Part shown: one piece after another, positions 55,818 to 64,000 of the stretch
Numbering within the stretch: position 1 is the stretch's first letter
How the letters are laid out: every line of letters starts with the position of its first letter
Assembly (NCBI GenBank): GCA_964016885.1
Contig: OZ024747.1
Location: forward strand, 8,122,001-8,186,000
Source: Eledone cirrhosa
Lineage: Eukaryota
Direction of reading: 5' to 3'
Length of the DNA stretch: 64,000 nucleotides
Translations under genes and position numbers: made by a program
The notes under the pieces: model-generated
The model's input: the letters and a program-made list of their open reading frames with translations, nothing else
Told to the model about the DNA's origin: nothing
Databases searched by the model: none

Positions 55818-58196
55818 CTGAGTTGATGTTGGAATACTTTTTGGTGTTGTCAAAGTTGTCCATTCAACAGGTAGTTCCTGCTCTGGACAGAAATTCCTTC
55901 TAGATCTCATTGATGGTGTACTGTGATGAACCCCTTCATCAGGGTTCTGTGATATTGCAAAAGGATTGTTACTTTGAGATATCATTAAACATTTTTCTCT
56001 TCCTTGTTGCATGGCTGGATTCATTGCTGCTGTATGTAACATAGTTCTCCTTCTGTTACATCTCACTATACATATTGTTATTGTAACAACTATAGCAATA
56101 GATATCACTACAGCTGTAACAACTATGATAATTACTAAGTTGATATCTATCATGTCACTAGACTGGATGTGAGCAGCTGTCAACATTGGAGATGTTCTAT
56201 TGCTGACAGTTAATGTTAAAGATAGAGTGGTAGTTGCTGACAGCACTGGGCTGCCACTGTCTTTCACAACTAACAGCAGGTTGTAGGAACCAGCATCATT
56301 TTGGTAAACTTTCCGAGCAAATGACAGAACTCCGGTGTATGGATTTACAGTAAATAATTGGTGGGTTTTTCTATCAAGCATTTCATATTTAAGAAAAGCA
56401 TTTTCCCGACTGTCTCTGTCTGAAGCTCTCAGAACTGTGATGTCATTCTTACTTTGAGGGTGATAGTGAACATCCAGACTGAAAGGGTTAACACTAGGGA
56501 AGGTGAAATATGGAGCATTGTCATTCTCATCCATGACTTCAACAATAACATTTGCTGTACTGTTTAGAGAAGGAGATCCATTATCCTTGACTAAAACCTG
56601 GAATCTATATATATCTTGTCGTTCTCTGTCTAAAGACCTTATAGTTGAAATGAAACCATAGTCTGTAATCTGAAAAGGTAATATATGATTGTTATTATCT
56701 ATTATGAAATATGTTAGTTGGCCTCCAGCTCCTAAATCCAAATCTGTAGCATTGATAAATCCAACTGGAAAATTGGATTTTTCATTTTCGTAAGTAAGAA
56801 ATTTAAATGTTTCCTTGGTAAATCTAGGCTGTACATCATTGACATCCATTACTTGGATAGAAAACTTGCTCTCTGTCTTCAAAGATGGCGAACCTTTGTC
56901 ACGACAGATAATTGAAATATTATAGTTACTTTCTGTCTCTCTGTCAACTATGTTTTTCATCAGCACCTTGTATTCTTTGGAACTTATCTTTAACAACTGA
57001 AATTTATCACTTTTTAGATCACACGTTACTTCACCATTCAGTCCAACATCGTTGTCAATAACACTGACATAGGCAATAAAACTGCCAACTTTGATTCTCT
57101 CTGAAATGGCAGCTGTATTCTTTTTTAATGCAGAAACAAAATTGACATCAATTTCTGGTGCTCTGTTCTGTTGGTTGATCACATTGACAAGAACCAAAAC
57201 TATAGAACTGAGAGGAGGGGTACCTTTGTCTGTTGCTTCCACAAAAAGTTTATATTTTCGTGTCTGTGTAACTGGAAAAACATTCAAGAAGAATATTTCA
57301 CCTGTAATGTTATTCAACAGAAAACTAGTTTTTACAATGTCTGACGTTTTAGAACTAAAGTGGTAAATAACTTCTCCATTATCACCAGAATCTAAATCTG
57401 TTGCAGATAAAATGGTAATTGGTGATGCTCTATGATGGGTGTTCTTTATGGAAACATTATAGATATCTTTTGAAAAAATAGGTGGATTGTCATTGACATC
57501 AATTACCGATATTTCGATACTTAAGATTCCTTGCTGAGAGGGAAAACCTCCATCTTCTGCTACTAGTTGTAAATAGTAACTGTCTTTTGATTCTCTGTCT
57601 AGTCTTTCATCTAAACTAATCCGAAGTTTGGAAGTACCATCCACTTTCTTAGACACTGATAATCGGAATGGTTCATTGTCGTGTTTTTTCAAACGATATG
57701 CAATTTTGGAATTTAAAATTCCTACATCTTTATCAACAGCATTTGGAATTGACTTAGCTGTACCTTTGCCATGACTTTCATCAAAAAGGAGTTTGATCTG
57801 TTTTACAGGGAACTTTGGTTGATGGTCATTAACATCTTCAATTGTTACTTTAATTTTAAGAATTTTGATAAATGTTTCTGCTTGCTTGACGGCAATTTTA
57901 ATTGTTCTGAAACATTCCATACTATAAGAACATAATGATTCAGCATCAAGTTTCTGTGAAGTGAAAAGTTTACCAGACTTTGAAATATTGAATAGCTGAG
58001 CTGTTTCTTTCTGGCTGAATTGGTTAAACGTTATGAGATTGTGATCTTGAGATGAGACACTATTTAGAAGCTGTGAGTCTGCTGCAATGTCTCCTATGTA
58101 TGTTGATGGACTTTTCTCTTCCTGGACATGGTATGCAAGATCAACACACATGCAGCTAGGAAGAAATAAACACAATATATATACCAGCACTAGCAT
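55818..58196 (-). CDS. Pcdh: Protocadherin, large first coding exon (signal peptide, EC1-EC6, TM, start of cytoplasmic tail)
   Basis: 799-aa ORF with hydrophobic signal peptide. Cadherin motifs LDAE/LDRE/VDRE, DVNDHQP, DVNDNPP, DVNDVQP, DENDNAP and AxDxGxPxL. TM segment INLVIIIVVTAVVISIAIVVTITICIV. Donor CAG|GTAAGT at 55818 (phase 0). Acceptor ttctattttcag ends at 58247, 50 nt upstream of the ATG. Paralog identity cannot be assigned. Confidence 0.96.
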
Positions 58197-58363
58197 ATTC
58201 CCTCTTATGTCTGTTTCACTTTAGAAGCTGAAGCATTCAAATAATTCTGAAAATAGAACAAAATAATTACATTTTAATATAACAGAAAAAAAGGAATATA
58301 TATATTTATATATTTATTCACATTATTTTTTCAATTAATTATTTTAATATAACAGGAGAAAGG

Positions 58364-58398
<35 letters not shown>

Positions 58399-58849
58399 TA
58401 AGATAATATCTTTCAATGAAGGTTTTTTTATTTAAAAATGAACATTTACAAATTAGAATTAATAATAATTATTTAATCATCATCACCATAGTTTTATATC
58501 TGTTTTCCATGTTTTGTTTTCACAAAAATAATTAATGAATTGTTATAAAAAAATCTTCATTATCAAAAAAAAAAAGAAAAAATAAATTCAAAAATTCCTT
58601 TTTCTATTAAAATATTTCAACATACAACCAAAAACCATAAACCCCCTCCCCAGGAAAACCTGTTTCTTTAAATACCATAATTAACCCTTTTCTAACTATT
58701 TCTAATAAAATACATTCAATTTCAATTAGAATTTTGATGGATTTACCAGAGTTATTAATTTATTACTAAGATACTAAGTTAACATCAGAAAATTATATTG
58801 GAAGATTTTGATTTGAATAAGAACCCTTTAACCCTTTAGCATTTACATT

Positions 58850-59160
58850 CATCATCATCATCATCATCATTTCACGTCCACTTTTCCCTGCTTGCAAGGG
58901 TGGGACGAGAACTGATTCTGGCTTGATTTCTACAGCTGGATGCCCTTCCTAACACCAACCTCATTTACAGTGAGTGCTGGGTGCTTTTTTGCCGTGGCAC
59001 CTCCACGACCACTTTGCAGTGGAATCTCATTTCTACAGCTGAGTAAACTGGAGCAATGTGAAATAAAGTGTCTTGCTCAAGGAAACAACACATCACCCGG
59101 TCTGAGAATTGAACTCACAACCTTTCGATTGCAAGGCCAATGCTCTAACCACTAAGCCAT
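58850..59160 (-). mobile_element. SINE family A lacking the internal 24-bp hairpin, nested in a TTAA-MITE
   Basis: Near-identical to the other copies; TSD-like catttacatt / cattttacatt. Confidence 0.9.
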
Positions 59161-61329
59161 TTTACATTATATTATATATACTATTGTATTACATTATATA
59201 TACTATTGTATTTTTGTGGTAAAGGCTTTATCTCACATAATTATCTCACATAATATTGAATCTATGAGATTGTGCTATTATTTATTTCAAGAACAATACC
59301 TTAACACCAGTTACAGCCAGTTTGAACAGAAAAAGGTGAGAGAATTCTGGCCGGATATAGCCGGTTCTAAAAGGTTAAAGTAGGTGGTTTTGTTTCATCG
59401 AATCAGAGTCAATTTAGGCATCCCAGCCATGACCAACTTGTCTTTTGTTTTATATCTGACATATGGAAATTATCTACAATTACATTATCCAATGTCTTCT
59501 TCCTGTTTGAAGAAGGTGACTATGATTTCAGAGAGATATGGTTGCTATTTCTAGCAAGCCAAGAATCCATGTACATGTTCCCCCTTTTGTCATTGTTGTT
59601 GTGTTTCATCCAATCCCATGGAAAGGTAAAGCATTAATGAAGCCTTGATTCCATCAGACTTTTTCTCTAATGTCTGCTTTACTGCAATGAGTGGCCACTT
59701 CTATTGCAGACTGAGACTGTCTGTTTGTCACAACTCCTAGGAGAAGGTGGCAGGATTTGAACTCAGAATGTAACAGAGCCAGAACAGATACCATAAAGCA
59801 TTCCATCTGACTCTTTAACAATTCCACCAATCCACTGCCCCTCCCTCCCTAGACAAGTACTTTATTTATCGACCATGAAAAACATGTAGTGCACCTGAGC
59901 ACTGTACACGATAATTTCATTATTATTATTTTTTTTAATTAACTGCAGCAGGATTTGAACTCCGAGCACAGTAAGTCAGAACAAACATCAAGATATTTAA
60001 TCTGACACTCTAACAACACTATCAATTCGACATTTTCTACTAAGTCATAACAAAAAATTAATTAAAAAGAGGAGATGGCAAATGAGTTATTGATCATTTA
60101 GCCAGAAAGCAGACACTTTATCAACACGGTCAGTCATAATATCAAGAGAAATAGGAAAAATAATAATGCTAACATATTCTTTTTCTTTATAATTATTTTT
60201 TATTTTTCATTGTTTTACGTCTATTCTTGTTTGCTAACAATGGGAGAATGAATGCTTTCGAAAATTAAGTTACATTTGCATATTATTAGCTCATTAAATT
60301 TTACAGTTAGATGCCCTCCTCACTACCGCTAATTACTGAAATAGTTAAGTATATAGATAGTATTTGTTGGCTCGACAGACTAAGACAACCAGAGTTACGT
60401 ACCTTGACCAAATGCATAAAACAATAACTGATATAGATATAAATATGGTGGTCGGTTGTTCAGCACCATGTGAAGGCTTGTAATCTTGTAGCTAGGCTGT
60501 TAGGTATACAATCATAAGGTTGAGGGTTCAACCCCTTGAATGCACCGTGGAATTTATCCTTAAGCAAGGCACTTCATTTCATGTTGTTCTAGTTCACTCA
60601 GCTGAAATACATCCACTACCAGTAACTCTTTTGATACCAAACCACCCTGAAACAGCCCCTGATTCTATCATACAAAATTGTATATTTTAATATGTTTATA
60701 TTTATCTAAAAACTTTCCATCATAATTTTATGTAAGAACCTTTGTTAAGTTATATTCCATATACCAGCTTAATAGTTCTTTGTACATGGATCTATCCCAT
60801 GCTATTGTGTTTCTCATACTTAAAAAGAGAAGCCCTACCAACACTTCCAACTATCAATTTATCACTTTTATTTACAGAATAAGAAATGTTTTTATCATCT
60901 TATTGTTTATAAACATTTAAAACAAATTTTTTCTTTTTTAAAAATAAAAATCAGAACTTGACATTTTATTTAATAAATGCAGGCAATATTTTCTTGACAT
61001 ATTCTCATTCTAATATTAAATGTAAATTTTGCCTTCCATCCTTCTGAGTAAGGAGATGTGGGTTGATAAAATAAACCAGTTAAGTACTGGGGTTGATTTA
61101 ATCAACCATGTTTTATTCTTACTCAACAAATTTGTGGTCATGTGACAATGTTAGATGTCAATATGTAATAGCAAATATGGCCGTGCGGTTAAGGAGTTCA
61201 TTTTGCAACCACCTGGCTCTGGGTTTCAGTCCTGCTGTGTAGTACCTTGTACTTTAGACTCAGGTTGACTTAGGGCATGTGAATGAAATTTGGCAGTTGG
61301 AAACTGCAGAAGCCCCTATACGCATGTGA

Positions 61330-61360
<31 letters not shown>

Positions 61361-61807
61361 GGGGAGGGGGCGTGCGCGCGTTTATGTCCATAAGAAAACA
61401 GGTCGAGGAAATATGTACCAGAGTTGAAAAAATAAATACTGGTGTTGATATGATTAAAATTAAAGTAAAGCTGTAGCATGGGCAGAGTCTAATGAATAAA
61501 AGAATGTTAAGATAAACTTTCGTTGTCTTACATACAACGAGGCATATATAAAATATAGAAGCAGACAACATCATTAGGTGAAGTAGAGTTGTTTCCCTTT
61601 GAAAGAAATTGGAAACTAGAGACAAACTGATGAATAAAATACTAACTATGAAGGGGTTGATTAATGAAGGGAGGGATTTGTTGGTGGAGGAATGGGTTGA
61701 TGTATGGACTGACACAGGGGAAATAGAGATGAACACATAAACAGATACATGGACAATACACACACACACATATAGATAGATGAACCAACAGATACATGGA
61801 CAACACA

Positions 61808-61870
<63 letters not shown>

Positions 61871-61879
61871 ATGTGTGCA

Positions 61880-61926
61880 TTTTCTGATGATTTCTTTTGA
61901 ATGAAACAGTTCTAGTCCTGTAGAAG
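61880..61926 (+). ncRNA. Hammerhead-like motif, second family
   Basis: CTGATGA 61884-90; weak stem II ttc/gaa; GAAA 61903-06; stem III cag/ctg; GUA triplet; wobble-rich stem I tttt/gaag. Confidence 0.55.
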
Positions 61927-62397
61927 CCATTTCTATATTAAACATGATGTTTATATTCAACTAATGTATTGAGTACCTTACTTACTGTGGTTACCCACGA
62001 TTGAACCTAGGACTCACTCACACACGGGAAAGAGAAAGGGATGGACCAACAGATTCATAGCTAGTGAGATAGGAAGAGAGAAGAGAGGATAGATAGCAAG
62101 ATATAAAGCCCATACTTGACATCTGGTCTCAACCTATACTTCACGTTTGGCTTGGGTCTATTACCAGCTTTGAGAGCCGACATTTTACATCTGGCCAGGG
62201 TCTATTATAGGTTTGTGAGTTGTAGGGGGGGGGGGCTACATTTCACATCTAGTCAGGGCCTATTACTAGTTTTGCATAGGCTTAAATTTTACATCTGGCC
62301 TGGGCCTTCTACCTGCTTTGGAAAGACTGAGTACAGTTTTGGTTATGTTTCCCATATTCTTCATTCAGTTCATTAACAACCTACACCCTGTTAATTT

Positions 62398-62437
<40 letters not shown>

Positions 62438-62535
62438 GTTTAGAGAGAGAGAAAAAGAGAGAGAGAAAAAGAGAGAGAGAGAAAAAGAGAGAGAGTTAGA
62501 GAGAGAGAGAGTGAAAGAAAGAGAGAGAGAAAGAA

Positions 62536-62568
<33 letters not shown>

Positions 62569-63257
62569 GAGAAAAAGAAAGAGAAAGAGAGAAAGAGAGA
62601 AAGAGAAAGAGAGAAAGAGAAAGAGAGAAAGAGAGAAAGAGAAAGAGCACGTGTTTAGAAAACGGTGAGTGAAAATTGAAAATTGAATTAGAAGATTTCA
62701 CAGTAACTTTTGACTGAATGCATTTTGATAAATTAGTGGTTTGCATAAGAGAAAACCTATAGTTTATGTTGGTTACTGAAACGTGGAAATGATTAAACGT
62801 AAGAATATTTTAATAATTTACTTCTAGAATGTAATTACATAAATGTTGAGCATATATTTACAAATGTCATATATGATTAAATGTATGAGTAACTGGGAGA
62901 AACAGTTATTTACAGGGGAAAATGTAGGATTAGAACTCTGGATCTTCTGATTGGAAAGTGGACTTCTTGTAGCAACATAACTGAGATAGGAGATGTATTG
63001 TGCGCATGTGGGTATGTTTGTATATATATATTTTGAAGGGTTACAGATTTATATATAAACCCATACTAGCGTGGAAGAGAGACGTTAAACGATGATGATG
63101 ATGATGATATATATATAAGGAAAAAAGATGAAATCGAAAATGCAACTGGAGTCTTTTAAAAAAATATATATATTTTTATTTGGTTCCTTTACCGGTTTCG
63201 CAGTTCTTGTGCTTTTCAAAAGTAGAATTGAGATGGAGGGTTTGTGGTTTTTCTATA

Positions 63258-63599
63258 TATCATCATTTTTCATCATCATTTTACGTCCACTTTTCCCTGC
63301 TTGCAAGGGTGGGACGGGAACTGATTCTGGCTTGATTTCTACAGCTGGATGCCCTTCCTAACACCAACCTCATTTACAGTGAATGCTGGGTGCTTTTTTG
63401 CCGTGGCACCTCCACGACCACTTCGCAGTGGAATAATATGGACCCCAGTCCCTATCATCTCATTTCTACAGCTGAGTAAACTGGAGCAATGTGAAATAAA
63501 GTGTCTTGCTCAAGGAAACAACACAACACATCTGAGAATTGAACTCACAACCTTTCGATTGCAAGGTCAATGCTCTAACCACTAACCCATCTGCCTCCA
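63258..63599 (-). mobile_element. SINE family A, full length
   Basis: Near-identical to 42073-42414. Confidence 0.9.
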
Positions 63600-63612
63600 T
63601 ATATACATATAC

Positions 63613-63655
<43 letters not shown>

Positions 63656-63729
63656 TTCGGGGTTCAATCGGGGGTAACCACAGTAAGGTACTCAACTAAG
63701 TGTGTATACAACATCTAATATAGAAATAG

Positions 63730-63776
63730 CTTCTACAGGACTAGAACTGTTTCATTCAAAATAAATCATCAGAAAT
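63730..63776 (-). ncRNA. Hammerhead-like motif, second family (within a fold-back element)
   Basis: Minus strand reads ttt-CTGATGA-tttattttgaat-GAAA-cag(ttctagtc)ctg-TA-gaag; homologous to 61880-61926. Confidence 0.5.
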
Positions 63777-63854
63777 TTGAATGCAACAGTTCTAGTCATG
63801 TAGAAGCCATTTCTATATTAAACATGATATATATACATGCACACACATTATATG

Positions 63855-63882
<28 letters not shown>

Positions 63883-63889
<7 letters not shown>

Positions 63890-64000
63890 TGGTCAAAAAG
63901 AAGCTAAACCATTTAAAAATATAACTTTTTAACAATTAATTCTTTCATTTAAAAGAATTATATTTTGAAATGGTCAAGTGACTTTTGGGCCAACCTGTGT
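63883..64000. mobile_element. Small Tc1/mariner-like MITE
   Basis: Imperfect TIRs of about 40 bp: acacggtggtcaaaaag..accatttaaaaatata / tatattttgaaatggt..cttttgggccaacctgtgt. At the window edge. Confidence 0.5.

Noticed and set aside
57091-57366. 91-aa plus-strand ORF (likewise 38600-39226 opposite the mariner)
   Set aside because: Antisense shadow of a real coding frame.
52564-63585. Repeated ORF of about 78 aa, MPFLTPTSF...GQCSNH, as a small gene family
   Set aside because: It is the antisense reading of SINE family A copies.

Overview
AT-rich, microsatellite-dense animal genomic DNA, most likely octopus or another coleoid cephalopod. This is inferred from the protocadherin architecture and the SINE content. 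The only host gene I can support is a minus-strand protocadherin. Its large exon (58246-55818) encodes a signal peptide, 6 cadherin repeats and a TM segment. I predict two further small cytoplasmic exons (46835-46682 and 34403-34366), giving about 856 aa. The rest is repeat-derived: three tRNA-headed SINE families, RTE/CR1/R4-Dong LINE fragments, an internally deleted mariner with 105-bp TIRs, TTAA-flanked MITEs, and minisatellites grown out of LINE or SINE sequence. The most notable signal lies in the short unique modules between (TA)n tracts. Many carry type-I minimal hammerhead ribozyme motifs (CTGATGA-stem II-GAAA-short or palindromic stem III-NUH). These fall into several sequence families and often form long fold-back palindromes, which suggests a non-autonomous Penelope-like or retrozyme-type system targeting TA microsatellites. 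A near-identical inverted CR1 pair also brackets the predicted protocadherin exon 2. All calls were made by eye; no searches were run.
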